A DNA stretch of 56,833 bases from an uncultured virus (IMG/VR IMGVR_UViG_3300025759_000061) (Duplodnaviria; Heunggongvirae; Uroviricota; Caudoviricetes), in IMG/VR virus record IMGVR_UViG_3300025759_000061, positions 62,001-118,833 of that record. The stretch is one strand, 5' to 3'. A program made the translations under genes and the position numbers. This document shows positions 26,759 through 36,936 of this stretch, one piece after another. Each line of letters begins with the position of its first letter. The first letter of the stretch is position 1. The notes under the pieces are model-generated. The model was not told where the DNA came from and searched no databases. It worked only from the letters and a program-made list of their open reading frames with translations.

Positions 26759-28872
26759 GAAATCATTACAACCAATTCAGAACAGATGACAAACTGACTG
26801 AGGCAACACGTAAAATCTATAATGGAACACGTGATGATCAGACAGATCAGTTTACCATGACTGAGGAAGCTCTCACAGAGATGTCCGGTAAGGTCAAGGG
26901 TGATTTCACACCGGCTATGCTAAAACAGCTTAAGAGTGGCTTTGCAGCTATCAAGAGCCTGAAGCCGGGTACAGAGCACCACAAGAAGCTTGTAGGGATG
27001 CTGAACACACTTGACAAGAAGCAGATGGCTGCACTGGCTGATGCTGAAATCAAGTGGGTGTCTGATATTGCCGGTGCTCGTTTGAATGAAAATGCAGACA
27101 GTCTCGTGTCCAGAGCATCTGCTGCCATGACTTCAATGACCAAGGTTGGATTCGGGAGCACTGCACCTAAAGTATCCGGAATGTCCCCATCAGGGCCGTT
27201 TGGAATGATCAGTGAAGGTAAGAAAGATTCGTGGAAAAACATGGATATGTCACACATGTCACCTAAAGCTGGTAAGAAAGCTTGGGCTAAAACTGAGAAA
27301 AAGGGACTTAAACGTGATCAGCAGGATGAAGCATATAATAAGGATGCTGTTGATAAAGAAATCAAGAAAGATACACGTATCAAAGGTAAAGAAGCCAAGA
27401 AAATTCATGGTCTTTTGAAGGGTTGGAGAGGTTCCAAGAAATCTGTTGATGAAGGTAAGGGTGATGAGCCACGTTCAGATTACAAGTCCGGTTCTGATGA
27501 CAAACAGAGCAACAGTGCCCGTTGGAGAGCAGAACAACGTCTGAAGAGACGTGACCAGCAGGATGAAGAAGAGCAGATTGATGAAAAATGGGATGCTGAT
27601 CGTGTCCGTGATGAATTCGACAGTAACATGAATCTGACTGTTGCACAGCTTGCCAGAATGGCTGGTATGTCAACACAAGAAGTCAAAAAGATTCTGATGT
27701 CAGAGTCTGATCTTTATGAAATGAAGATGACCCATAATGATGCTAAAAAACTCTATAAACAGGGTAAAATTGATGCTGCTTGGAAAAAGGCCCAAGAAGA
27801 TGAAGGTCTTGATAAGAACATGACCAAAGAAAAATGGTTGAAGTGGATGGGTAGTCTGAATGAATCCAAGTCTGCATCCGGCTATGAAATCTACCACAAA
27901 GATTATTCCACTGCCGTCCAACATGCTATCAAACAGGCTGAGAAGCAGGGTTATGAAGTTGATATGGAAGATGTTTCAGACAAGATTGCATCCGGACCAC
28001 GTAAGCCATCTGAGGGGAAGACAAACTCTTTCCACATCAAGGTGACCAAGAATGGTAAGCCAGTCAACAAGACTCTGAACATGCAGGTATTCAACACTGG
28101 CAGAAAGTATGAACTCAATATGTATGTTGAGGAAGCTGGCCAGATTGATGAAAGTGATGACAGAGCAACAGTGCTTTGGAATAAAGTTTTTGATGATTTA
28201 GACTCAAAATTTAAGACCTTTGATGGTAAAAAAATGCAACATCATCAAAAAATTTCTAAGTACCTACAACAACAAAGAATTCCTCAAAATGTAGCCACAT
28301 CTGTTGTTTTGGATTATTCAGATTATCGTATGAATATTAAGAGTAAGGATGAGGCAATTAAAACTATTGTACAAAACCATCCACCTAAAAAAGTGAACGA
28401 AGAGCAGATTGCTGAGATTGCACCACTGGTTGCTGCTGGTGCCCGTGCACTGACACGTTATGCAGTCACAAAGGCTGTTGAAAAGGGTGCTGAGAAGATC
28501 AAGTCCAAGATGCAGTCTGAGGAAGATGATGACGAAAAGGTTAAGAAGTCAAAGTCCGACAAGGATGTCGTGGACGTTTCCGATGATGATGTTGTTGATA
28601 CATCACCAGTGGACAAAGACGACAAGACCAAGAAGAAGAGTGAAGTCAACGAACTGTCATCAGCTAAACTTAGAGCATATAAAGACGAAGCTGATAAAAG
28701 CAGTGATCATAAGAGATATAAAGGTTCTGAATTAGCCCGTAAGAAGCTTGGTAAGGGTAAAAAAGCAATTGAGCCAGAAAAAGTCAGAGTATATGCTAAA
28801 GAAGAAAATGAAAGTTTTGCAGATCGTTTTACTGCTAAATACTATAATAGAACCGTAAAGGGAGAAGAATAA
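26755..28872 (+). CDS. large modular late protein (probable head-internal/core protein)
   Basis: Charged modules separated by recurrent [LIV]-x-E motifs. Confidence 0.8.
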   Translation: MRNHYNQFRTDDKLTEATRKIYNGTRDDQTDQFTMTEEALTEMSGKVKGDFTPAMLKQLKSGFAAIKSLKPGTEHHKKLVGMLNTLDKKQMAALADAEIKWVSDIAGARLNENADSLVSRASAAMTSMTKVGFGSTAPKVSGMSPSGPFGMISEGKKDSWKNMDMSHMSPKAGKKAWAKTEKKGLKRDQQDEAYNKDAVDKEIKKDTRIKGKEAKKIHGLLKGWRGSKKSVDEGKGDEPRSDYKSGSDDKQSNSARWRAEQRLKRRDQQDEEEQIDEKWDADRVRDEFDSNMNLTVAQLARMAGMSTQEVKKILMSESDLYEMKMTHNDAKKLYKQGKIDAAWKKAQEDEGLDKNMTKEKWLKWMGSLNESKSASGYEIYHKDYSTAVQHAIKQAEKQGYEVDMEDVSDKIASGPRKPSEGKTNSFHIKVTKNGKPVNKTLNMQVFNTGRKYELNMYVEEAGQIDESDDRATVLWNKVFDDLDSKFKTFDGKKMQHHQKISKYLQQQRIPQNVATSVVLDYSDYRMNIKSKDEAIKTIVQNHPPKKVNEEQIAEIAPLVAAGARALTRYAVTKAVEKGAEKIKSKMQSEEDDDEKVKKSKSDKDVVDVSDDDVVDTSPVDKDDKTKKKSEVNELSSAKLRAYKDEADKSSDHKRYKGSELARKKLGKGKKAIEPEKVRVYAKEENESFADRFTAKYYNRTVKGEE

Positions 28873-29210
28873 TGCCACTCTGGGGTAACATAGACAGGGC
28901 TAATAATAGTCCTAAACAGGTAGTTATGCAAGTAAATCAAGCATATACGGCCAATAATTATGCTGGACTTTACAACAACGTCACAACTGGTGCCAGTATA
29001 GCTGGTGCTAATGTTGGTGTGTTTGGTGTGTCAGCAACAGAAGTTGCCAACACATCTTCAGAATCGGTTGCACATGCAGGCTGGACTTTGAGAACAGAAG
29101 GAACTGGTGGTCGTGCCGGTCGTGTTCATCATGAAGTTCTGGTAGCTATGTCATCCATGACTGGTGATGCAGCAGGCAATACGGATAATACAGTATTCCC
29201 CGGAGTCTAA
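28872..29210 (+). CDS. conserved virion structural protein
   Basis: MPLWG...HAGW...GRVHHEVLVAM motif; CTAAATA at 28835. Confidence 0.75.
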   Translation: MPLWGNIDRANNSPKQVVMQVNQAYTANNYAGLYNNVTTGASIAGANVGVFGVSATEVANTSSESVAHAGWTLRTEGTGGRAGRVHHEVLVAMSSMTGDAAGNTDNTVFPGV

Positions 29211-29213
29211 TCC

Positions 29214-29642
29214 ATGAATACGTTTAAGCAATATCTTGCTGAAATCAAGATTGCCCGACACAATATGCCACAGGTTAATACCGGTGATATAGAAGATATG
29301 CTGAAATGGGTTGCAGCTAAAGGGATCGTTATTTCCAAAGGGAGTATCGATCCCAAAAAGCTGATTCCAATTCAGGATATCCACAAAAAAGCTGTTAAGG
29401 CAATCGTCAAATCTAAAGCACCGGCTGCAATGAACAAACCATTGTTGATTTCCGGTGATAATCATCTGTTGGATGGACATCACCGGTATGCTGCTGCCAT
29501 TGAACTAAACCGGAAGGTGAAGTTTATCCGGATCAACCTGCCTGTTTTGAAGGCACTTGATGCTTTGAAAAAGTTTCCGAAGACAGAATTCCGTGCAAAG
29601 GGAGCTATCTCCGGTGCAAAACATTATAAGGAACTTCAATAA
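29214..29642 (+). CDS. ParB/Srx-like domain protein with capsid-targeting-like N-terminus
   Basis: PIQ...PLLISGDNHLLDGHHRYAA; MNTFKQYLAE. Confidence 0.8.
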   Translation: MNTFKQYLAEIKIARHNMPQVNTGDIEDMLKWVAAKGIVISKGSIDPKKLIPIQDIHKKAVKAIVKSKAPAAMNKPLLISGDNHLLDGHHRYAAAIELNRKVKFIRINLPVLKALDALKKFPKTEFRAKGAISGAKHYKELQ

Positions 29643-31168
29643 TGAAATCATTCAGACAGTACATAAAAGAAGATGTTGATCTTATGCCAGCATCCACCAC
29701 GGATGACCTGCAACCGGATAATGTTGGGCAGATTGCTAACATAAACATCATGCTCAAGAGAGTTTCAAACGACATATACAAGAACCCGTATGAGGCTCTT
29801 CAACGTCTGAGACAACAGCTTGCATATTACTCAATCCATCTCCCAAAATTCATATTCACCAATCCAACATCAGGTGAAACAGCCTTTGAGGTCCAGCAAT
29901 TCGGTGGACCCATTGGTATGGATACCACTGGTCGTGTCAAGACAGAGGCCGATCCAGCCAGCATGTTCATTTACTTCTCATGGAATGTAAACGATGAGGG
30001 TATGTATGAGATTGATGCTGAGTTGATGGATGAAGACAATCTTGAAGGTATTCTGGGTGGTCAGGAAGAAGATGCAGACGATGCCAATGCACTTGCATAC
30101 CGTCAGGCAGACAACATCATGGGTGAGGAAACTCTTGATGAAGAACAGATTGATGAAATCTCAAAAAAGAAACGTGATGAGTATGGTGAGAAGGCCGGAA
30201 AGTCTTGGCAGAAAGCACAGGATGACTATCATGGTAATCAGACCGGTGGATATCTGAAGAAGAAGGCTGGACAGACTCTCAACAAGAGAGAACGTGGTTT
30301 TGCATCACTCAAAAAACGTCTTCAAAAAGAAGAAGACCTAGACGAAGGTCTGTTTGACCGGTTCAAGTCCAAGGAAAAGAAGCCAACAAGAGGAATAAAG
30401 AGTAATTCATCTGGTGCTACTGGTGGAAAGTGGAGAGCCAATTTTGAGTGGGGTGAGCTAGACAACAACGAAAACAAGTCTATCCTGAAGAAGGGCAGAG
30501 CCAACCTGATTGCACACTACGGTTACGGTTTCACTTTGAAGGATGGTAATAAATCACTGGGTGATGGTCACTGGAGATATTCCAAGGGCTTCACATTCGA
30601 AGATGGTCCACTCAAGGGTAAGACCTTCCCAACACCTGAGAAGGTTCTGGCTGCTGTTTCAAACATCAGGGAAGAACTTATTGATGAGAATGCTGCACGA
30701 TTGGCTTGGGCTGTTGCAAACACAGATGCTGGTAAAGCTGTTGGTAAACGATTTATTCAATCAAAAGCACGTGGCATTAAAGGGTTGGCACAAAAGAGTC
30801 TACCTCTTGGGCCAAAGATTAACGAACTTTCCCCAACCACATACAAATCATACAAGGACAGAGCTTCCGGTGAGAAGAGAACTCTCGACTGGGTTGGTGA
30901 TGATGAGGATGAAGCCACACGGAGAAAAAAGGCCAACCGTACACGTGGTATAAAACAAGCAAAGTCCAAGACAAATATCAATGAACTGTCACCAGACAAA
31001 CTACAACGTTATGCTGCTGCTGCTCATAATGACAAGTATCACAACCAGCAATTAAAGAAGTACAGTACCAAAAAAGAGTTTAGAGATGAAGCTGATAGTG
31101 TTATAAATAAAAGAGACCGTGGGCTTAAACAAGCACGTAAGAAGCTTGGACTAAACAAAGAGCAATAA
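29642..31168 (+). CDS. modular late protein with capsid-targeting-like N-terminus and repeated ELS modules
   Basis: MKSFRQYIKE; EISKK/ELSPT/ELSPD repeats. Confidence 0.8.
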   Translation: MKSFRQYIKEDVDLMPASTTDDLQPDNVGQIANINIMLKRVSNDIYKNPYEALQRLRQQLAYYSIHLPKFIFTNPTSGETAFEVQQFGGPIGMDTTGRVKTEADPASMFIYFSWNVNDEGMYEIDAELMDEDNLEGILGGQEEDADDANALAYRQADNIMGEETLDEEQIDEISKKKRDEYGEKAGKSWQKAQDDYHGNQTGGYLKKKAGQTLNKRERGFASLKKRLQKEEDLDEGLFDRFKSKEKKPTRGIKSNSSGATGGKWRANFEWGELDNNENKSILKKGRANLIAHYGYGFTLKDGNKSLGDGHWRYSKGFTFEDGPLKGKTFPTPEKVLAAVSNIREELIDENAARLAWAVANTDAGKAVGKRFIQSKARGIKGLAQKSLPLGPKINELSPTTYKSYKDRASGEKRTLDWVGDDEDEATRRKKANRTRGIKQAKSKTNINELSPDKLQRYAAAAHNDKYHNQQLKKYSTKKEFRDEADSVINKRDRGLKQARKKLGLNKEQ

Positions 31169-31174
31169 GAAGAA

Positions 31175-31576
31175 ATGAGTAGTCTAGTGTATGATTTGAA
31201 TGAGAAGAACTTTATGATTTATGCAATGAAGCATTATGATTCACCCCATTGCACTTTGAGTGAGTTTGATGAAGACCTGAAGAGGGTCAAGTGGATCAAA
31301 AGGCTTATTGGCAGGTATGAAACAACAGGGGAGTTGAAAGAACGGATGATACTTAATCATATCACTGTTCTTTCAAACGTTTTCGGGGCCGACTTCACTA
31401 CGAGACTCCTGTTATTCAAGTTGGATCAGGAACGGTATCCAATCATCAAGGCTTTTCTTCTATATCTCCAATACCTACCAAGAGAACAGGTCGTAAGGTA
31501 CATTGATGGGAATACCGTGAATCTGAAAGACATCACGATGAACCAACAAGTGGTGGACAGACTGAGGATAATCTGA
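31175..31576 (+). CDS. conserved T4-like hypothetical protein
   Basis: NFMIYAMKHYDSP...EFDEDLKR...LKERMILNH. Confidence 0.85.
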   Translation: MSSLVYDLNEKNFMIYAMKHYDSPHCTLSEFDEDLKRVKWIKRLIGRYETTGELKERMILNHITVLSNVFGADFTTRLLLFKLDQERYPIIKAFLLYLQYLPREQVVRYIDGNTVNLKDITMNQQVVDRLRII

Positions 31577-31986
31577 TGGACAAGAAAAAGAACAATGTTG
31601 CCAAGGACCTACGTACACCCAAGTACCGTAAGAGAGTCGTGGCATTAAAGAACAAGAGGCTTCCCCGTAAGGAAAAGCATAAGGCAATGGCTGAAGATGC
31701 ACCAGCCAATGCAACTGGTCCAGCCGTCCCCGGTACAGGTGACACGGGTGAGGTTTTCGTCAAGAAGAAGAAGTTTGCTGGCAAGACCTGTTTTGAAGTG
31801 AACGGTGACACATACCACAAGTGCCTACAAGGCAAGAAGCAATACAAGCACTGGAAGTCATATGTGGGTGAGTGTGATACTGGCAAGGCTATCCGTGAGT
31901 ATGCATACAAGAACCGGGATGAACCAATCATCGTTCAGGATGAACGTACCGGGGCTATGACATACATCAAGTATGGCAAGAAGTAA
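31576..31986 (+). CDS. conserved T4-like hypothetical protein
   Basis: EDAPANATG...FEV...GKKQYKHW...PIIVQDERTGAM. Confidence 0.8.
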   Translation: MDKKKNNVAKDLRTPKYRKRVVALKNKRLPRKEKHKAMAEDAPANATGPAVPGTGDTGEVFVKKKKFAGKTCFEVNGDTYHKCLQGKKQYKHWKSYVGECDTGKAIREYAYKNRDEPIIVQDERTGAMTYIKYGKK

Positions 31987-32249
31987 TGAAGACGTTTAGG
32001 GAGTTTATGAGTGAATCATTATCGTTTGGTCAAAAGAGTGGTAACTGGGTATTGATCAGATCACCCAATGGTGATTGGGAAATTGAAGGTTGGTATAAAT
32101 CTAAAGCTGATGCCGTTTGGTCTGCACAGTCATGGTCAGATACCCAAGACAGACCAAAAAAATCTGCCGGGTATGGATATGAACTAAACAATGGTAAATG
32201 GTTGGTAATCAAAAAATCAGACATGGAGAAGGCTGGATTCGTAAAATGA
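31986..32249 (+). CDS. small protein with capsid-targeting-like N-terminus
   Basis: MKTFREFMSE. Confidence 0.7.
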   Translation: MKTFREFMSESLSFGQKSGNWVLIRSPNGDWEIEGWYKSKADAVWSAQSWSDTQDRPKKSAGYGYELNNGKWLVIKKSDMEKAGFVK

Positions 32250-32953
32250 CCAGAATAGACAAACGATATCAAAAACACATGGCCGATCTTGGACTCTATC
32301 AGGGAAATATTGATGGACTCTATGGTCCTATGTCGAAACAATCTGTCATCATGTTCCAGAGAATGTCTGGTCTGGTAACAGACGGCAAGGTTGGATCGAA
32401 GACCAAGGCCAAGTTTGAAGAGTCTCTGAGAACTTCACCAGATGATAATGTTCACAACCCAACCATTGAGACCAAGCCATATTCAGTATGGCCCAAAGAA
32501 CGTATGTCTGACCTACGGTCATTCTATGGCCGGGTGGGACAAAACCAGACACAGATACAGATGCCATACAAGCTCAAACTGGCTTGGGACACAAAGGTGG
32601 TGCTAAGTAAGATAACATGCCATGAGAAGGTCTCCAAGAGCCTTCAGGGTATATTTGAACAGATAGCATCCGACTACACACCAGAAGAACGGGCTGAACA
32701 TGGCTTCGATCTGTTTGGTGGGTGCCTGAACGTCCGTAAGATTAGGGGTGGTAACCGTTGGTCCACACATGCATGGGGTATTGCAATCGACATGGACCCA
32801 GCTAGGAACGGCCTGAGAACCAAGTGGAAAGATGCACACTTCTCTCATCCGGATTGTGCAAAGTTTGTACAGGCTTTCAGAGATGAAGGCTGGTATTCAC
32901 TTGGCATGGAAAGAAACTATGATCCGATGCATTTCCAAGCTTGTTACAGGTAA
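32246..32953 (+). CDS. endolysin: peptidoglycan-binding domain + M15 peptidase
   Basis: IDGLYGP..FQR..GLVTDGKVG; STHAWGIAID; DPMHFQ. Confidence 0.9.
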   Translation: MTRIDKRYQKHMADLGLYQGNIDGLYGPMSKQSVIMFQRMSGLVTDGKVGSKTKAKFEESLRTSPDDNVHNPTIETKPYSVWPKERMSDLRSFYGRVGQNQTQIQMPYKLKLAWDTKVVLSKITCHEKVSKSLQGIFEQIASDYTPEERAEHGFDLFGGCLNVRKIRGGNRWSTHAWGIAIDMDPARNGLRTKWKDAHFSHPDCAKFVQAFRDEGWYSLGMERNYDPMHFQACYR

Positions 32954-32959
32954 AAACAG

Positions 32960-34246
32960 ATGGCAACATTTAGAATAGATAGCAACATAGCAGACCCAAA
33001 CAACCACACAACATCGTATGAAGTGTTTATGTTAGCAGATTCAACAGGTAATGTTGTTTCTCTTTCAAGTACATCAGCATCCGAAAATTCCTCAACAAAT
33101 ACCGTTATTGGTATCAATGAGAACAATTCTTCCACCACCCCATTAGCAAACAATGCAACATTTACCGGTGAGTGGGAAGATGTGGGTGTATATGATTCTG
33201 TGACAGTTGCCATTGCCACGGATCAGAATGGTTATTATAGTGTTCAGTTTTCTCCAGATGGAGTGAACCAAGACTCAACTCTGACCCGATACCATAGAAC
33301 AAATCGTATCAATGCACCACATAAATTCACAATCACCAGACGTTATTGTAGAGTTGTTTTCACTAACGATAATGACAGTGGTTCAGCACAGTCTTATTTT
33401 AGACTGCAAACTATGTTCAGTAACGATAGGTCGGCTTTGAATGCACCACTGGATGCAGTGCTTGCACAGGATTATGATGCTGAAGCTGTTAGACCAACCG
33501 ATTATAAATATGAAGTTGCTTTAGGATTGAGACAAGGCCAACAGACTTGGAATAAGTGGGGTTATAATAGCACTGTCCCAAATAGCACCGTTGAATCTAC
33601 AGTATGGACTGAAGGTGGAAGACTGGTTCCATTGACCGGGGCAAACACAATTAATATCAGATCATCAAGTGCATCTGATAACGTGTCACAAACAGGTGCA
33701 CAATCAATTATCATATATGGTAATGATGCTAATAATAAGGCAACATTGGAAGTTGTTCAACTTAATGGAACATCCAATGTAAGCACTGTAAATGAATATG
33801 TCGGTATCAACCGTATGGCTATTTATCTGGCAGGTTCATCCGGTCTTAACACTGGTAATATTACAGCAACAGCAGTAACAGCCGGGACCAGACAAGGTAT
33901 TATTCCTGCCGGTGAGGGTTCAACACAGCAGGCATTCTTTTTCGTTCAGAGAGACCACACTGCTCTTGTTGACTGGTTGTGGATCAATGTAAGTAAGCAA
34001 GCTGGTAAAAACCCAATTGTTACATTGAAAATGTGGGTAAAATCACTTGTCTCTGGTGCACGATATGAGGTGTTCAGGGCAATTATTGATACTACTGTTG
34101 AAAACGTTGTTGAACTCAAACCATCACAACCATTTGTTGTGGGTGAAGAATCATTATTGGAATTGACAGCAACATCTGATAAAGACGATACGGTTGTAAG
34201 TGCACGATTCAGTCTTATTGAAACGAGACTGGTAGAAAGTACCTAA
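32960..34246 (+). CDS. probable virion structural protein (beta-rich)
   Basis: S/T/N-rich, beta-strand pattern, late block. Confidence 0.7.
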   Translation: MATFRIDSNIADPNNHTTSYEVFMLADSTGNVVSLSSTSASENSSTNTVIGINENNSSTTPLANNATFTGEWEDVGVYDSVTVAIATDQNGYYSVQFSPDGVNQDSTLTRYHRTNRINAPHKFTITRRYCRVVFTNDNDSGSAQSYFRLQTMFSNDRSALNAPLDAVLAQDYDAEAVRPTDYKYEVALGLRQGQQTWNKWGYNSTVPNSTVESTVWTEGGRLVPLTGANTINIRSSSASDNVSQTGAQSIIIYGNDANNKATLEVVQLNGTSNVSTVNEYVGINRMAIYLAGSSGLNTGNITATAVTAGTRQGIIPAGEGSTQQAFFFVQRDHTALVDWLWINVSKQAGKNPIVTLKMWVKSLVSGARYEVFRAIIDTTVENVVELKPSQPFVVGEESLLELTATSDKDDTVVSARFSLIETRLVEST

Positions 34247-34654
34247 ATGTCTATAGAGACACCACCGGAAGGCTTCCAGAAGGAACTTGAACCGGGTAAA
34301 GAACCAAACGAAATACCGAAACCAACACGGAGTCGTAATTTCAGAAGACGGTCCACCATATCAGACAGTAACAGGGTCTGGACACTGGTTGAAACGAGTC
34401 CATTGGAAGACAGTAGGCTGAAACGGTGGTGGAGACCGTTCATGGCATGGCAATACATATTGGTGTGCCTGTTTGATTTCATCATAGCACCAATCCTGAC
34501 AATGGTTTTCTTTCAGGGCAACGAGACAAGCTATGTACAATGGGTTCCACTAACCATACAAAATGGTGGGTTGTATCATTTGTCCATGGGGGCAATCATG
34601 GGTATTTACACATGGTCCCGTGGCCAAGAGAAAATGTCACATATAGAGAAGTAA
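34247..34654 (+). CDS. holin-like membrane protein (GTA 3TM holin-like)
   Basis: WWRPFMAWQY...FDFIIAP...GAIMG...WSRGQEK. Confidence 0.7.
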   Translation: MSIETPPEGFQKELEPGKEPNEIPKPTRSRNFRRRSTISDSNRVWTLVETSPLEDSRLKRWWRPFMAWQYILVCLFDFIIAPILTMVFFQGNETSYVQWVPLTIQNGGLYHLSMGAIMGIYTWSRGQEKMSHIEK

Positions 34655-34655
34655 A

Positions 34656-35201
34656 ATGATTACACTATTAGCAACAATTTTGGGGGCACTATCATCAGTA
34701 TTACCCCAACTGGTAGAGATGTTCGATAGAAAGAACAGACTGGAGCATGAACGTGATATGGTTAAGCTACGGATGGAAGCTGCTGCTGCTGGCATTCAAC
34801 TTCAGATCAGGCTTGAAGATGCTAGGGCTGATGCAAAGGAAGGAGATTCACTTCGAACTCATGATAGCTCTCTTGGGGGTGGCAAGTTTATTGAATCACT
34901 CAGAGCTTCTGTTCGGCCTGTCATTACCTACCTTTTCTTCTTTGTTTTCGTTGTTGTCAAAGGCACTGCTTTAGTGATAATGACACAAGGTGGAGCACCA
35001 TTCCAAGAAGCCATCATCCTGATATGGGATTTGGAGACAATATCCATTTTCGGTGCTATCATGGGGTTCTGGTTTGGATCACGTGTCATGCAGAAGATCA
35101 GGGACAACAACAGCTATGAAGTGATCACCAATGATCACGTGTTCATAAATAGACCAGCAACGGGTGGTAACAGACCACTCACAGTATCTAACAAGAGGTA
35201 A
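34656..35201 (+). CDS. holin-like membrane protein
   Basis: LRASVRPVITY...IMGFWFGSR. Confidence 0.7.
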   Translation: MITLLATILGALSSVLPQLVEMFDRKNRLEHERDMVKLRMEAAAAGIQLQIRLEDARADAKEGDSLRTHDSSLGGGKFIESLRASVRPVITYLFFFVFVVVKGTALVIMTQGGAPFQEAIILIWDLETISIFGAIMGFWFGSRVMQKIRDNNSYEVITNDHVFINRPATGGNRPLTVSNKR

Positions 35202-35206
35202 AAAAG

Positions 35207-35350
35207 ATGGATTTTCTAGGATTTTCGGTTAACTCAGCATCATGGTTTGCTGCTGGACTGTGTGTAGGTTGGTTTCTCCTGCCTGCACCTAAATGGGTTG
35301 TGGCTATGTGGGGCAAGGTGTTTGGTTCCAACGACGAACCAACAGCCTAA
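35207..35350 (+). CDS. small membrane protein (47 aa, not in ORF track)
   Basis: GAGG RBS; WFAAGLCVGWFLLPAPKWV; CATAAATA at 35144. Confidence 0.6.
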   Translation: MDFLGFSVNSASWFAAGLCVGWFLLPAPKWVVAMWGKVFGSNDEPTA

Positions 35351-35368
35351 AAATAATAATTTGACACA

Positions 35369-35424
35369 TTGACTTCTGGGGGCTACTCTTCCATATTGGA
35401 AACAGTCCCCAGAGGTTTTTTTTT
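35369..35424 (+). terminator. late-block terminator overlapping the primase sigma70 promoter
   Basis: acttctggggg/ccccagaggt stem + T tract; TTGACT-N17-CATATT inside it. Confidence 0.7.
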
Positions 35425-36432
35425 ATGGCAAATGATATAATTGAAACCAAGTACCTGAATATAATATCAGGCAGCTTGAAGCTATTCAAGCAAAAAGATT
35501 CCAAGACATGGAATTTCAGATGCCCATTGTGTGGTGATTCAAAAAAGGATAAGCTCAAGACCCGTGCCTATTTCTATAGGAAGGGACAGGGTGTACGATT
35601 CTTTTGCCACAATTGCCGGGAAGGTTACTGGTTCAAGGATTTTCTCAAGAAATACAACCGGTCTGTTTATGATGAATTCATGCTCGAAATCTTCACACCC
35701 AGAAAGAAGCAAGTGGTTTCAAATGCTGATGATTTCAAGGTCGTGCTACCAAAACCAAAGCTGAAAATCAGGTTGCCGAAACTGTCTGATCTACCAAAAG
35801 ATCATATGGCAGTCGAGTATTTCACGATAAGGAAAATACCAAATAAATTTTTGGACATGTTGTATTATGCAGAGGACTTCAAAGCCTTTGTAGATGACTT
35901 CTGGCCAGAGAATGGGAAGAAATTAATTGAGGATGAACAACGGCTTATCATCCCTTTCAATGAGAAAAATGGTGACGTTGTAGGGGTGCAAGGCCGGTCT
36001 TTCTCGAAAACGGGTATCAGATATATAACAATAAAGCCTGATGCTGAATCCATCAAGGCTTTTGGATCAGACAAGGTTGATTATGACCTGCCAGTGAGAA
36101 TTTTGGAAGGCCCTATTGATTCTATGTTTGTGAATAATGCCGTTGCTATGATGGACTGCTCATTATACAAAGCTTCAGAGATACTGGATATCCCCGAAAA
36201 GAACGTCATAGACATATACGATAACGACTATCGTAATACTGAAGTTGTCTCTCAGATCAGACGTTCTGTTGCCCGTGACCACAAAATTGTCATATGGCCA
36301 GATGAGGTTTCTGAGTATAAGGACGTTAATGATATGGTCATGGCTGGATTTGATATTGAAAAACTGATTCGAAACAACACATATTCAGGACTACAAGCAA
36401 AATTGGAATTAGGGAAGTGGATGAAGATATGA
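35425..36432 (+). CDS. 61: DNA primase gp61
   Basis: FRCPLCGDS...FFCHNC, QGRS, EGPIDS, YDND. Confidence 0.95.
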   Translation: MANDIIETKYLNIISGSLKLFKQKDSKTWNFRCPLCGDSKKDKLKTRAYFYRKGQGVRFFCHNCREGYWFKDFLKKYNRSVYDEFMLEIFTPRKKQVVSNADDFKVVLPKPKLKIRLPKLSDLPKDHMAVEYFTIRKIPNKFLDMLYYAEDFKAFVDDFWPENGKKLIEDEQRLIIPFNEKNGDVVGVQGRSFSKTGIRYITIKPDAESIKAFGSDKVDYDLPVRILEGPIDSMFVNNAVAMMDCSLYKASEILDIPEKNVIDIYDNDYRNTEVVSQIRRSVARDHKIVIWPDEVSEYKDVNDMVMAGFDIEKLIRNNTYSGLQAKLELGKWMKI

Positions 36433-36665
36433 GTGGAGTTGTTTGCCCATATTGTGCATTTGAACACATACCATATGGTGATGAATATGAATTCTGGGAG
36501 CCGGATACCGGGTTTGAATTTGACTGTCCAAAATGTGACAAACCATATCAAGTTGGGGTTCATACTGAAATAGCTTGGCATACTGAAGAACTGTTGGAAC
36601 CATCAGCTTTTGGGAATGAAGATGAATTGTCAAAGACAAAATTTGTGAGGGTTGATAATGAGTAG
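36429..36665 (+). CDS. small zinc-ribbon protein
   Basis: CPYC...CPKC. Confidence 0.65.
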   Translation: MSGVVCPYCAFEHIPYGDEYEFWEPDTGFEFDCPKCDKPYQVGVHTEIAWHTEELLEPSAFGNEDELSKTKFVRVDNE

Positions 36666-36936
36666 ATATTTTGGAAGGCACACCACAAAAGATACTGTTC
36701 ATGATCAAATGAGCATCTATCTTGAAGACACCTTCGTGGTACAGGCTGTGAGAGAGAAGATCAAACGAGATAGAATTGTACCGAAAAGTGCACACTATAA
36801 TGTATGGAAACATCTTGATCATGTGATCTGTACTGTAACACCATTGGATGTGGCAATGAGAAATGAGAATCGTTTTATGGCCTCAACCAAAAACCAACTT
36901 GAATTTTTCAAAAACAACAGGAAGAAAATGAAATGA
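36658..36936 (+). CDS. hypothetical protein
   Basis: ORF in operon. Confidence 0.6.
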   Translation: MSRYFGRHTTKDTVHDQMSIYLEDTFVVQAVREKIKRDRIVPKSAHYNVWKHLDHVICTVTPLDVAMRNENRFMASTKNQLEFFKNNRKKMK

